Of a stretch of 64,000 nt of DNA, positions 18,031 to 27,546 are shown piece after piece; positions within the stretch are counted from its first letter, which is position 1, and the number at the start of each line of letters is the position of its first letter. This stretch comes from Planctomycetota bacterium (GTDB taxonomy: Bacteria; Planctomycetota; Planctomycetia; Gemmatales; Gemmataceae): positions 14,234-78,233 of the forward strand of contig JAJXWW010000084.1 of the NCBI GenBank assembly GCA_021781415.1. Reading direction: 5' to 3'. The notes under the pieces were generated by a model. That model ran no database searches, was not told the DNA's origin, and was given only the letters and a program-made list of their open reading frames with translations. Both the position numbers and the translations under genes were made by a program.

Positions 18031-19886
18031 TGGCCAAGAACACGACCGCGACGATTCTCGAACGCGGAGCCACCCTGCGTCGTCTTTGGACCTACTTGCT
18101 CCCCGCGATGCGAAAACAGCGGTCGCTGGTCGCGGGCGGGTTTGCGGCTCTTCTGCTCGATGTCGTGTTGCGCGCGTTGGAACCTTGGCCGCTCAAGTTC
18201 CTATTCGACCGCGCGTTTCACGGCCCTCGTCGCGGCAAATGGTCGGACTTCGCCGACTTGGGAAATGTCGATTCCAGCGCTTTGATCGTCTATGCTGGAT
18301 TGGCACTTCTGGCCATCGCGGCGGCACGCGCCGTGGCCGCCTATGCCAGCACCATGACCTTCGTTCGCATCGGCAACCGTGTCCTGACCGAAGTGCGCGC
18401 CGACGTGTACCGCCACCTTCAAGGTTTATCGCTGGCCTTTCATCGGAAGGCGCGGAACGGCGAACTGGTTCTGCGCATCATGGGCGACGTGAATCTGCTC
18501 AAAGATGTCGTCGTCACCGCCGCGCTGCCGCTTTTAGCTAATTTTCTCGTCTTAATAGGTATGTTTGGGGTCATGTTTTGGTTGAATGCGCGGTTGGCGT
18601 CCCTGGCTCTGTTGGTGCTGCCTCTGGTCGGCGTGTGGACGATGCGTCTGGGAGGGAAAATCCGAGACACGGCGCGGAAACAGCGCAAGCGTGACGCGGG
18701 CTTGGCGGCGGCGGCGGCAGAGACGTTCTCGGCCATCCAAATCGTGCAAGCACTGTGCTTGGAAGGCTGGTTCGCCGCCAACTTTCTTCGTCGCAACCAA
18801 GAGAGCAACAACAGCGATTTCAAAGGCGCGCGGTTGAGCGCGGCGTTGGAACGAAGCACGGCCTTTTTTGTGGCGGCCGGTTTGGCGGCGGTGGTATGGT
18901 ATGGCGCGACGCTGGTATTGCGCGGCGAATTGACTCCGGGCGAACTGTTGGTGTTCATGGCCTATTTGAAGACGGCCTTGCGTCCGGTGCAGGATCTATC
19001 CAAGTTCACCGGGCGTTTGGCCAAGGCAACCGCCGCCGGCGAGCGCATCCTGAACCTGCTGCACACCCGCTCCGAAGTGCGCGATCTCCCCTCCGCGCGG
19101 CCCGCGCCGACTTTGCGCGGCGCGATCCGCTTCGACGATGTTTCCTTTGCCTACGAACCGGGCCGCCCCATTTTGGAGGCGCTCGATTTCGAGGCTCGGC
19201 CTGGGCAGCGCGTTGCCCTCGTCGGACCTTCGGGGATCGGCAAATCGACCATCGTTAATCTGTTGCTTCGATTCTACGATCCCTCTGGCGGACGCATTCT
19301 TTTCGACGGCGTGGAGGCGCGGGAATACACCTTGGCTTCGCTGCGGGCCCAGGTCGGCGTCGTCCTGCAAGACACCGTTCTCTTCGCCGCCAGCGTCCGC
19401 GAAAACATCGCTTTTGGCACCGTCGAGGCGACGCCTCAAGAAGTCGAGGCCGCCGCTCGGTTGGCCAACGCGCACGATTTCATCTGTTCGCTGCCGCAGG
19501 GATACGACACCGTATTGGGCGAACGCGGTCTGACGCTATCGGGCGGTCAACGCCAACGCATCGCCATCGCCCGCGCCGCCATCCGCCGCGCGCCCATTCT
19601 CGTACTCGACGAACCGGCGACCGGATTGGACCGCGAAAACGAACGCATGGTACTCGAAGCACTGGAACGCCTCAGCGCCGGTCGCACGACGATTCTCATT
19701 ACGCACGATCCGCTCGCGGCGGCGCGGGCGGATCAGATCCTCTTTTTAGATCGAGGGCGCGTGCGCGAACGGGGCAGCCACGATGACCTGATGCGCGCGG
19801 GCGGACATTACGCGCATGTGTACCTTCGCCACCATCCGACGGTCGAGCCGACCGCTTTCCGCTTGGCTTGCAATGGAAAGGAGTAA
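18030..19886 (+). CDS. ABC transporter, fused permease/ATPase (MsbA-type exporter)
   Basis: TAATG overlap at 18028-18032. Six-TM N-terminal half. Walker A GPSGIGKST, signature LSGGQRQR, Walker B ILVLDEP. The track ORF's 5' extension (17667-18029) overlaps the GT gene and is rejected. Confidence 0.9.
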   Translation: MAKNTTATILERGATLRRLWTYLLPAMRKQRSLVAGGFAALLLDVVLRALEPWPLKFLFDRAFHGPRRGKWSDFADLGNVDSSALIVYAGLALLAIAAARAVAAYASTMTFVRIGNRVLTEVRADVYRHLQGLSLAFHRKARNGELVLRIMGDVNLLKDVVVTAALPLLANFLVLIGMFGVMFWLNARLASLALLVLPLVGVWTMRLGGKIRDTARKQRKRDAGLAAAAAETFSAIQIVQALCLEGWFAANFLRRNQESNNSDFKGARLSAALERSTAFFVAAGLAAVVWYGATLVLRGELTPGELLVFMAYLKTALRPVQDLSKFTGRLAKATAAGERILNLLHTRSEVRDLPSARPAPTLRGAIRFDDVSFAYEPGRPILEALDFEARPGQRVALVGPSGIGKSTIVNLLLRFYDPSGGRILFDGVEAREYTLASLRAQVGVVLQDTVLFAASVRENIAFGTVEATPQEVEAAARLANAHDFICSLPQGYDTVLGERGLTLSGGQRQRIAIARAAIRRAPILVLDEPATGLDRENERMVLEALERLSAGRTTILITHDPLAAARADQILFLDRGRVRERGSHDDLMRAGGHYAHVYLRHHPTVEPTAFRLACNGKE

Positions 19887-19890
19887 AGAA

Positions 19891-20451
19891 ATGGCCTATT
19901 CGAGATCGACAATAACGCACTTGTTCGCCTTGGCTTGGTGTTGTTTGCTATGGGGCTGCGGCGACGGCAGGTCGGTGGGTAAGCTGATGGAACGGCTTCA
20001 GGATGCCAACGTCGGCGTTCGACAGCAAGCCGCGCGCGAGCTGCGCGATCGCGGACCAACCGCTACCGCCGCCGTTCCCGCCTTGGCCAAGGCGTTGAAA
20101 GACCCCGATGCCACGGTTCGCACACGCTCCGCTCAGGCTTTGCGCGAGATGGGGGGAGCCGCCAAAACGGTTGTGTCCGAGCTTACCGAGGCATTGAACG
20201 ACACCGACCCCAAGGTGCGCGAGCTATCCGCCTCTTGTTTGGCGCGCATCGGTTCGGACGCGCGCCCCGCCGTTCCGACTCTGCTGACGACCGCGCGCGA
20301 CAGCGTGCCGGACGTTCGCCGCGCCGCCATCAACGCCCTCGGGCGCATCGACCCCTCGGCTCAGGAAACCATCCCAATTTTGAGGACCGCCCTCAACGAT
20401 AGCGATTTTCAAGTTCGCACCGCCGCCGCCGAAGCCCTGCGCGGCAAGTGA
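19891..20451 (+). CDS. HEAT-repeat lipoprotein
   Basis: GGAAAGGAG SD. Lipobox-like LLWGC. Repeated DxxVRxxAAxAL HEAT/PBS motifs (DANVGVRQQAAREL, DPDATVRTRSAQAL, DPKVRELSASCL...). Confidence 0.8.
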   Translation: MAYSRSTITHLFALAWCCLLWGCGDGRSVGKLMERLQDANVGVRQQAARELRDRGPTATAAVPALAKALKDPDATVRTRSAQALREMGGAAKTVVSELTEALNDTDPKVRELSASCLARIGSDARPAVPTLLTTARDSVPDVRRAAINALGRIDPSAQETIPILRTALNDSDFQVRTAAAEALRGK

Positions 20452-20462
20452 CAATACGCCTC

Positions 20463-20560
20463 GGAGCCGGAAGCGTTAGCGACGGTGAGGTAGCCGTCGC
20501 TAACGCTTCCGGCTCCGTCCGAGGAACGGTGAGGTAGCCGTCGCTAACGCTTCCGGCTCC
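20463..20560. repeat. palindromic repeat family A, copy 2, plus a tandem extra right arm
   Basis: Full hairpin at 20463-20516 (arms GGAGCCGGAAGCGTTAGCGACGG and its complement). Then a second copy of loop plus right arm at 20526-20560. Confidence 0.9.
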
Positions 20561-20606
20561 GATCGAGAAACAATGAAGCTCTGTTGAATGTTCGGGAGGA
20601 ATTGAC

Positions 20607-21533
20607 ATGAACTGTCTCGTTACCGGCGCAGCCGGGTTTATCGGATCGCATCTATGCGAGCATTTGCTGCAAGCCGGCCACAATGTCGCCGGGTTGGATG
20701 CCTTCATTCCGTACTATCCGCGTTCTCTGAAAGAGTTGAATATCCAGAACGCGCTGCGCCACCCCAATTATACGTTTCACGAACTCGATCTGCGCACCGA
20801 TTCTCTCGACAAGCCTCTCGAAGATGTGGAGGTGGTGTTTCACTTGGCCGCCGTTCCAGGTTTGTCGAGAAGCTGGGTCGATTTCGATTTGTACGAAAGC
20901 TGCAACGTCACCGCCACGCAACGCTTGCTCGAAGCGGTACGGCGGCAGGGTGGTTTGCGCCGTTTCGTCTACGCCTCGACTTCGTCGGTGTATGGCCGCC
21001 ATGCGTCGGGCGATGAGTTGATGCCGACGCGACCGATTTCTCCCTACGGCGTCACGAAATTGGCGGCGGAGAATCTGTGCCGCGCCCACGCCGAGGAGTT
21101 TGGTCTACCGTTAGTCGTCCTGCGCTATTTCTCGATCTACGGCCCGCGCCAACGTCCGGACATGGGCTACCATCGTTTCATTCACGCGATGCTGCGCGAT
21201 CGACCCGTCACGGTTTGCGGCGATGGTCTGCAAGCGCGGGGCAACACGTTCGTGGACGATTGCATCGAAGCCACGATGGTGGCGATGGATGCGCCTTTGG
21301 GCGAAGTCTACAACGTCGGGGGCGGTGAGACGGCCAACGTCTGGGAGATTCTCGGCAAACTGGAGACGATCCTCGCCTGTCGGGTTCAGGTTCAGCGCGA
21401 GCCGCCCCGCCCCGGCGATCAACGATTCACTAGCGCCGACACTTCTCGGCTCACGCGGCATCTCGGTTGGCGGCCCCGCGTCGGTCTGGCCGAAGGGTTG
21501 GCGCTCCAAGCGGCCTGGCAGCGAAGCCTTTGA
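20607..21533 (+). CDS. NAD-dependent sugar epimerase/dehydratase
   Basis: GGGAGGA SD. Rossmann motif VTGAAGFIGSH. Catalytic YxxxK (SPYGVTKLAAE). Confidence 0.88.
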   Translation: MNCLVTGAAGFIGSHLCEHLLQAGHNVAGLDAFIPYYPRSLKELNIQNALRHPNYTFHELDLRTDSLDKPLEDVEVVFHLAAVPGLSRSWVDFDLYESCNVTATQRLLEAVRRQGGLRRFVYASTSSVYGRHASGDELMPTRPISPYGVTKLAAENLCRAHAEEFGLPLVVLRYFSIYGPRQRPDMGYHRFIHAMLRDRPVTVCGDGLQARGNTFVDDCIEATMVAMDAPLGEVYNVGGGETANVWEILGKLETILACRVQVQREPPRPGDQRFTSADTSRLTRHLGWRPRVGLAEGLALQAAWQRSL

Positions 21534-21637
21534 CCCTCGGCGAGGTCGTCTTGGCTCGCCTGCTCCTTGTCGCCGCGCGCAGGAGGGCTTACCATAGACC
21601 ACGGGCTTTGACATCGGCGGTAAATCGGGGTAACGAC

Positions 21638-22315
21638 ATGCGCGGCGACAATCCAGACCAGGAAAGCGGAGCGGCACGCCTTTGCACGATAGGAATGGCC
21701 GTCGCCGCGGGGTTGTTTCGGCTCGTGCCCCATCCCTGGAACTTCACGCCGGTCGGCGCGCTCGGCTTATTCGGCGGGGCCAGGTTGCGATCGTGGTCGG
21801 CCTATGGGCTGCCGCTGGCGGTCATGGCCGCATCCGATTTGTTGTTGTGGGTCAAAGATGGAAGCGAGCCGTTCAATCCTTGGGTATACGGCTGTTTCTT
21901 GCTCGCCGTCGCCTGGGGGCGATTGTTCCTGCGCAACGGAGGCGCGAAGCGAACGGTCGCCGTCAGCGTGTTGGTGAGCGCGCAGTTTTTCTTGATCACG
22001 AACTTCGGCGTCTGGCTGCACGGCATCCGCAATCATCCCGCGCCGCCGGAGGGAACCGCCGTCGTATGGAAGGACTATCCCGGACTGCCCGCGCCCGTAC
22101 CCGTCGCGTACGCTCCGAATCTATCGGGATTACTCGCCTGCTACGCCGCCGCCCTGCCGTTTGTCGGCACGAATGCTCCGCCCTTGGGCTTTCTCGGCAA
22201 TCAAATGCTCGGCGATCTGTTTTACATTGGCCTCCTGTTCGGGTTTTATGCCGTCTTGCGCTTACGATTGTTCTCGACCGAACAAAAAACGATGCCGATG
22301 CTCGATAACCGATAG
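21638..22315 (+). CDS. polytopic membrane protein (DUF6580-like)
   Basis: FRLVPHPWNFTPVGALGLFGGA resembles the DUF6580 N-terminal signature, followed by several hydrophobic helices. Start uncertain (21638 or 21695). Confidence 0.6.
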   Translation: MRGDNPDQESGAARLCTIGMAVAAGLFRLVPHPWNFTPVGALGLFGGARLRSWSAYGLPLAVMAASDLLLWVKDGSEPFNPWVYGCFLLAVAWGRLFLRNGGAKRTVAVSVLVSAQFFLITNFGVWLHGIRNHPAPPEGTAVVWKDYPGLPAPVPVAYAPNLSGLLACYAAALPFVGTNAPPLGFLGNQMLGDLFYIGLLFGFYAVLRLRLFSTEQKTMPMLDNR

Positions 22316-22370
22316 ACGAACCCGAATTGCCGCGAGAACCGAGTTTCTGGTATAGTTGTCTTGTGAAGTG

Positions 22371-22399
22371 TGGTTAGCCGCGACGCGAAGCGGAGCGCG
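22371..22399. repeat. palindromic repeat family B, solo left arm
   Basis: TGGTTAGCCGCGACGCGAAGCGGAGCGCG matches the left arms at 25955, 30644 and 40517. No complementary right arm follows. Confidence 0.75.
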
Positions 22400-22451
22400 T
22401 TTTAAGCACAATTCGAGTTTTTCGCGAGACGCCTATCCCAAGAGGAATCTG

Positions 22452-23565
22452 ATGAACGCCGAATTACGACGCCGAAGCGATGAGGTCTTGAGCCGTTTGA
22501 CGCAGCTGCGGGACTCTCTTTGACATCGCGGCCAAACAGTCCCAGCGCGAACAGCTGAACGCGCGGATGGGACAACCGAATTTCTGGGACAACCCCGAAA
22601 AAGCGCAGCAAATCATTGCTCAATTGAAACCGCTCAACGGACTGCTCAAGCCCTACGAGGATCTGGAGTCCGTCGCCGGCGACGTTCAAGCTCTCCTTGA
22701 ATTGGCCGACGAAGACGCGGGGTTGGAAGCCGAACTGGAAAGCGAGTTGACTCCGTTCGAGAAGCGGCTCGACGACTTCGAGATGCGGGCCATGCTCGAT
22801 GGTCCGCAAGATGCCAGCAACGCCTATCTGCGCATCCAAGCGGGAACCGGCGGCACCGAAGCCTGCGACTGGGCCGCGATGCTGATGCGCATGTACGCGC
22901 GCTGGGCCGAGCGAAACCGGTACGAGGTCGAAATCGTCGACGAATTGTCGAACGAAGAAGCGGGCATTCGCAACGCCACCTTGCACATTCGCGGCGATTA
23001 CGCCTACGGCAACCTTCAGAGCGAGGCCGGGGTGCATCGCCTGGTGCGCATCAGTCCGTTCGACGCCAACGCGCGTCGGCAAACTTCGTTCGCGGCCGTG
23101 GACGTGATTCCGGAAATCGAAGGGACAATCGAGATCGAAATACGTTCCGATGAGTTGCGGCGCGACACGTTTCGCAGCGGAGGCCCCGGCGGCCAGCATC
23201 AGAACAAGACCGAGAGCGGCGTGCGCTATACCCATCTCCCGACGGGCATCGCCGCCGAGAGCCGCAGCCAGCGCAGCCAGCATAAAAACGACGAAATGGC
23301 TCTGAAAATGCTCAAGGCCAAACTCTATCAGGTCGAGGAGCAGAAGCGCAAGGCCGAGGTCGATAAGCTGTACGACGAAAAGGGCGAAGTGGCATGGGGC
23401 TATCAGATTCGCAACTACGTCATGCAGCCGTATACACTGGTTAAAGATGTCCGCACCGAAGTGCAAACGCCGCAAGTCGGAAATGTCCTCGACGGCGAGA
23501 TCGACGATTTCATTCAGGCTTATCTGCGTCTGAAGGCCGAACGCCGGCACAAGAAGACGAGATAA
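22452..23565 (+). CDS. prfB: peptide chain release factor 2 (programmed +1 frameshift at 22521)
   Basis: ORF0 is MNAELRRRSDEVLSRLTQLRDSL, ending at in-frame TGA 22521-22523. The +1 frame continues DIAAKQSQREQLNARMGQPNFWDNPEKAQ... RF2-specific SPF and the GGQ (GPGGQHQNK) motif are present. Confidence 0.93.
22518..22524 (+). promoter_or_regulatory. prfB: prfB autoregulatory frameshift site CTT TGA C
   Basis: Exact CUU UGA C heptamer, as at the classical RF2 recoding site. Confidence 0.85.
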
Positions 23566-23603
23566 CCGCTACGCAAGACCCAGAGGAGCGGAACGCCGTG
23601 GGT

Positions 23604-23628
23604 CTCTCGATTCGACATGAATCGAGAG
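23604..23628 (+). terminator. hairpin downstream of prfB (candidate terminator)
   Basis: CTCTCGATTC, loop GACAT, then GAATCGAGAG. Perfect 10-bp stem followed by ATTT. Confidence 0.45.
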
Positions 23629-23824
23629 ATTTACGTCGTCCCGTTCGTCGATTTTTTCGTACTGATGTTTCGTTCAGATACCGAGTGCCCCCTCCGTCGC
23701 TACCTTGGTGAGAGATGAACTTTCCGAGTCGTCGATGTGTCTTTGCTCGGAGAGACGGAGGATGGCGGGAAACGATGCGGCAACCGACGAACGCGAATGA
23801 GGCGTTGAGAAACGGAAAGAAGAC

Positions 23825-23853
23825 TTGCAACGCCTATGCCGCCTTCCTATACT
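23825..23853 (+). promoter_or_regulatory. sigma-70-like promoter for the tRNA-tuf operon
   Basis: TTGCAA (23825-23830), a 17-nt spacer, then TATACT (23848-23853). Sits about 24 nt upstream of the first tRNA. Confidence 0.5.
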
Positions 23854-23876
23854 TACTCTTTCCGCTTGCTGGCTCC

Positions 23877-23948
23877 GCTAGCGTAGCTCAATGGCAGAGT
23901 ACCGGTTTTGTAAACCGGTGGTTGTGGGTTCAACTCCCACCGCTAGCT
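23877..23948 (+). tRNA. tRNA-Thr (anticodon TGT)
   Basis: Cloverleaf folded by hand: acceptor GCTAGCG/CGCTAGC, anticodon stem CCGGT/ACCGG with loop TTTGTAA, T-arm GTGGG-TTCAACT-CCCAC. No encoded CCA. Confidence 0.9.
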
Positions 23949-24018
23949 TCCGCGCGAAGAGGTTCGTCGGCAAGCCGACTGCGCCAGGTAAGTCTGGTGA
24001 TGGGGGTAAGAGAGAAAC

Positions 24019-24102
24019 GGGCAGATGGCCGAGCGGCCAATGGCACCAGACTGTAAATCTGGCGAGGTCTCCTCTACGCAGGTTCGAATCCTGCTCTGCC
24101 CA
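24019..24102 (+). tRNA. tRNA-Tyr (anticodon GTA)
   Basis: Acceptor GGGCAGA/TCTGCCC, anticodon loop CTGTAAA, long variable arm, T-arm GCAGG-TTCGAAT-CCTGC. Confidence 0.9.
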
Positions 24103-24155
24103 TCGGTTCACGCGAGGATGGATGACGAATAGATGATGCAACGAGTATTGCTATC

Positions 24156-24228
24156 GCGGGTGTAGCTCAACTGGCAGAGCATCGGCTTTCCAAGCCGAAT
24201 GTTACGGGTTCGATTCCCGTCACCCGCT
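24156..24228 (+). tRNA. tRNA-Gly (anticodon TCC)
   Basis: Acceptor GCGGGTG/CACCCGC, anticodon stem TCGGC/GCCGA with loop TTTCCAA, T-arm ACGGG-TTCGATT-CCCGT. Confidence 0.9.
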
Positions 24229-24313
24229 TTGCTCGATGGGGAGAAGTCGGGCGCGTTGCCGGATTCAAACCCTCGGATGCTCCGGAATTATCGATTCGCC
24301 TGCGATTTCTACC

Positions 24314-24386
24314 GCTGCTGTAGCTCAGCTGGTAGAGCACCTCATTGGTAATGAGGAGGTCTCGGGTTCAAGTCCCGACAGCAGCT
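24314..24386 (+). tRNA. tRNA-Thr (anticodon GGT)
   Basis: Acceptor GCTGCTG/CAGCAGC, anticodon stem CCTCA/TGAGG with loop TTGGTAA, T-arm TCGGG-TTCAAGT-CCCGA. Confidence 0.9.
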
Positions 24387-24463
24387 TTCGTTTTGAGGAT
24401 AAGTATCACCCCGAGTCCAGTGCGAGATCTGGGCCACTAGCTTTTGAAACGAGCGGAGGAACG

Positions 24464-25705
<1,242 letters not shown>

Positions 25706-25772
25706 GTGGGTTTGCCTCTCCCGATCGAGGGTTTACGCCCCCGTTCGGGATGGGCAAGCGAAGGAATTCACC

Positions 25773-25925
25773 ATGCGCGAATACGTTTGGCTCGAATGTA
25801 CTGTATGCGGCGCGCGGAACTACCGCACCGAGAAGGAAACGCGCGGTGCCGATCGCCTCGAGCGCAAGAAGTTCTGCCGTAAAGAACGCAAACACACCCC
25901 GCACAAGGAAACGCGGAAGAAGTAG
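25773..25925 (+). CDS. rpmG: 50S ribosomal protein L33
   Basis: 50 aa, MREYVWLECTVCGARNYRTEKETRG...RKHTPHKETRKK. Conserved position between tuf and tRNA-Trp/secE. Confidence 0.88.
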   Translation: MREYVWLECTVCGARNYRTEKETRGADRLERKKFCRKERKHTPHKETRKK

Positions 25926-25954
25926 CGAGATCCGCATCGTCTAGCATCTATTAG

Positions 25955-26015
25955 GGTTAGCCGCGACCCGATGGGGAGCGCGAGAAGCGCGCTGCCCATC
26001 GGGTCGCGGCTAACC
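25955..26015. repeat. palindromic repeat family B, copy 2
   Basis: GGTTAGCCGCGACCCGATGGGGAGCGCG, loop AGAA, then GCGCGCTGCCCATCGGGTCGCGGCTAACC. One G-G mismatch. Ends 5 nt before tRNA-Trp. Confidence 0.9.
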
Positions 26016-26020
26016 GACGA

Positions 26021-26093
26021 AGGGGTGTAGCTCAATTGGTAGAGCACTGGTCTCCAAAACCAGCGGTTGAGCGTTCGAGTCGCTCCGCCCCTG
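26021..26093 (+). tRNA. tRNA-Trp (anticodon CCA)
   Basis: Acceptor AGGGGTG/CGCCCCT (one G-T pair), anticodon stem CTGGT/ACCAG with loop CTCCAAA, T-arm GAGCG-TTCGAGT-CGCTC. Confidence 0.9.
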
Positions 26094-26183
26094 CTTTGCA
26101 ACGGAGTTGGCGTCAGCGTGGGTCAGGCTCTCCAGTCTGACGGTTGGATGGGGAAGTCCGACCGATGTGCTTTTTGAGTCAGG

Positions 26184-27482
26184 ATGGGAACTGTCATGGC
26201 CGTGGCCATTAAAAATACGCCGGAGGTCGCTTCCGCGAGCCTGTTCGACCGCACGCCGGTCGCCGCCCTCGCCGGAGCCGCTTATCTGGTCGGCGCGCTC
26301 GGAATCGTCTTCTACCTTTTGCCTTCTCTCTGGCAAGGGCTGGGCTGGACCGGGAAGTCCGCCGCGATGATGCTCGGAGCGATTCAACTCGCCGCGCTCG
26401 TCGGACTGCTCGTCTTCGGCGCACGCCGCCTCGGATCGAAGGCGGCGCATGGCATTCGCGCCGGCATCTTCGTTGCTTTCCTCGGTTTCGTCCTGATTTT
26501 GTTGCTGACCCGTTGGGCGAGTTTGTGGATCGAATACTGGAGTTTTCATCGGTTATTGTTCGGTCCCTCGACCGGATCGATTCTCACGGCCATCATCGGC
26601 GTGGGTTTGCTGATCTTGGGCGGAAGGTTGTTTCTTCTCCCGGCCACCGAGCGCTATCTAACCCTCTTCGAGGACCAAGGCTGGTTCAGCGCTCGACCCT
26701 ACAAGGCGCTGCAAGGGATGCGCGTTCGCCGCGGCACCATCTTCGGCATTCTACTGCTCCTCGGTTCGGGTATCTGGTCGCTGCTGTCTCAGGGCACGCT
26801 GCGGAAGGGCGACCGCAATTGGGCGTTGGATGTCCCTTTCTCCGGACGAGTCACCGTCGAATCGAAGGGCGACGTTCCCGCCGAGGTCTTCTCTCGCTAT
26901 GTGAGCGATTGGCAAACGCGCTTCGACGAGCACAACTTGGTGGTCGATCGGTTTGTCTTGCAAGAAATCAACGCTAACATCGATCGCTCTCGCTACGTCA
27001 AGATCGTCGAACCGGGCGATTCCACATACAAGCCGAATGACATCGTGGAGCGCGCGAAGTACAAGGAAGAAGAACAACGGCTGAAAAAGAACGACGAAAC
27101 CCCACCGGCGGTCAGCGATCCGGAGCCTGCTTCGGGACCGTTGAGCTACCGCTCGATCACGCTGTTGCCTTCGCTTCAGTTCACGGTTCCGTTGTTGTTG
27201 TTGGCGGCGGGTCTGTGGTTGGGTTGGCGCGTCGTCAACGTGCCCGCCTTCGCCGATTTTCTCATCGCCACCGAAGCCGAGATCAACAAAGTCTCATGGA
27301 CCACGCAACGGCGACTGGTTCAAGATACTATCGTCGTTCTCGTTACCGTGGTGCTTACGGCATTCTACCTCTTCAGCATGGACATCGTGTGGAAGTCGGT
27401 GTTGAGTTGGCCGCCCATTGGCGTTTTGAAAATATCCGAAAAACAAGATTCCTCACAACCCGTCGATGAACGACCTTGGTGA
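26184..27482 (+). CDS. secE: preprotein translocase subunit SecE with a very long N-terminal extension
   Basis: The C-terminal ~70 aa (FADFLIATEAEINKVSWTTQRRLVQDTIVVLVTVVLTAFYLFSMD) form a SecE-like domain. The conserved tRNA-Trp/secE/nusG position fits. About 350 aa of extra TM helices plus a soluble segment precede it. Confidence 0.8.
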   Translation: MGTVMAVAIKNTPEVASASLFDRTPVAALAGAAYLVGALGIVFYLLPSLWQGLGWTGKSAAMMLGAIQLAALVGLLVFGARRLGSKAAHGIRAGIFVAFLGFVLILLLTRWASLWIEYWSFHRLLFGPSTGSILTAIIGVGLLILGGRLFLLPATERYLTLFEDQGWFSARPYKALQGMRVRRGTIFGILLLLGSGIWSLLSQGTLRKGDRNWALDVPFSGRVTVESKGDVPAEVFSRYVSDWQTRFDEHNLVVDRFVLQEINANIDRSRYVKIVEPGDSTYKPNDIVERAKYKEEEQRLKKNDETPPAVSDPEPASGPLSYRSITLLPSLQFTVPLLLLAAGLWLGWRVVNVPAFADFLIATEAEINKVSWTTQRRLVQDTIVVLVTVVLTAFYLFSMDIVWKSVLSWPPIGVLKISEKQDSSQPVDERPW

Positions 27483-27546
27483 GTGAACGGTAAGCAGCGG
27501 AGCGCGTTCATCGTTTCTCGCTCTCGACGAACAAAGAGTCTGCGTC

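Noticed and set aside
22521-22523. In-frame TGA in prfB read as a pseudogene or sequencing error
   Set aside because: The stop lies in the exact CTT TGA C recoding heptamer, and both frames are otherwise intact. This is programmed frameshifting, not decay.
22402-23550. 382-aa ORF on the minus strand covering the prfB locus
   Set aside because: It is antisense to a gene with unmistakable RF2 motifs (SPF, GGQ). The protein is low-complexity (Ala/Arg/Leu-rich) with no motif. This is a typical shadow ORF of a high-GC genome.
24236-24463. Upstream extension of the tuf ORF
   Set aside because: The extension runs straight through the tRNA-Thr(GGT) gene. The canonical MAKE... start at 24464 has a GGAGGA SD.
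23566-24463. tRNA cluster examined as a possible integration hotspot (integrase, att-like direct repeats)
   Set aside because: No integrase or recombinase ORF and no duplicated tRNA 3' ends were found. The order Thr-Tyr-Gly-Thr-tuf is the conserved housekeeping arrangement.
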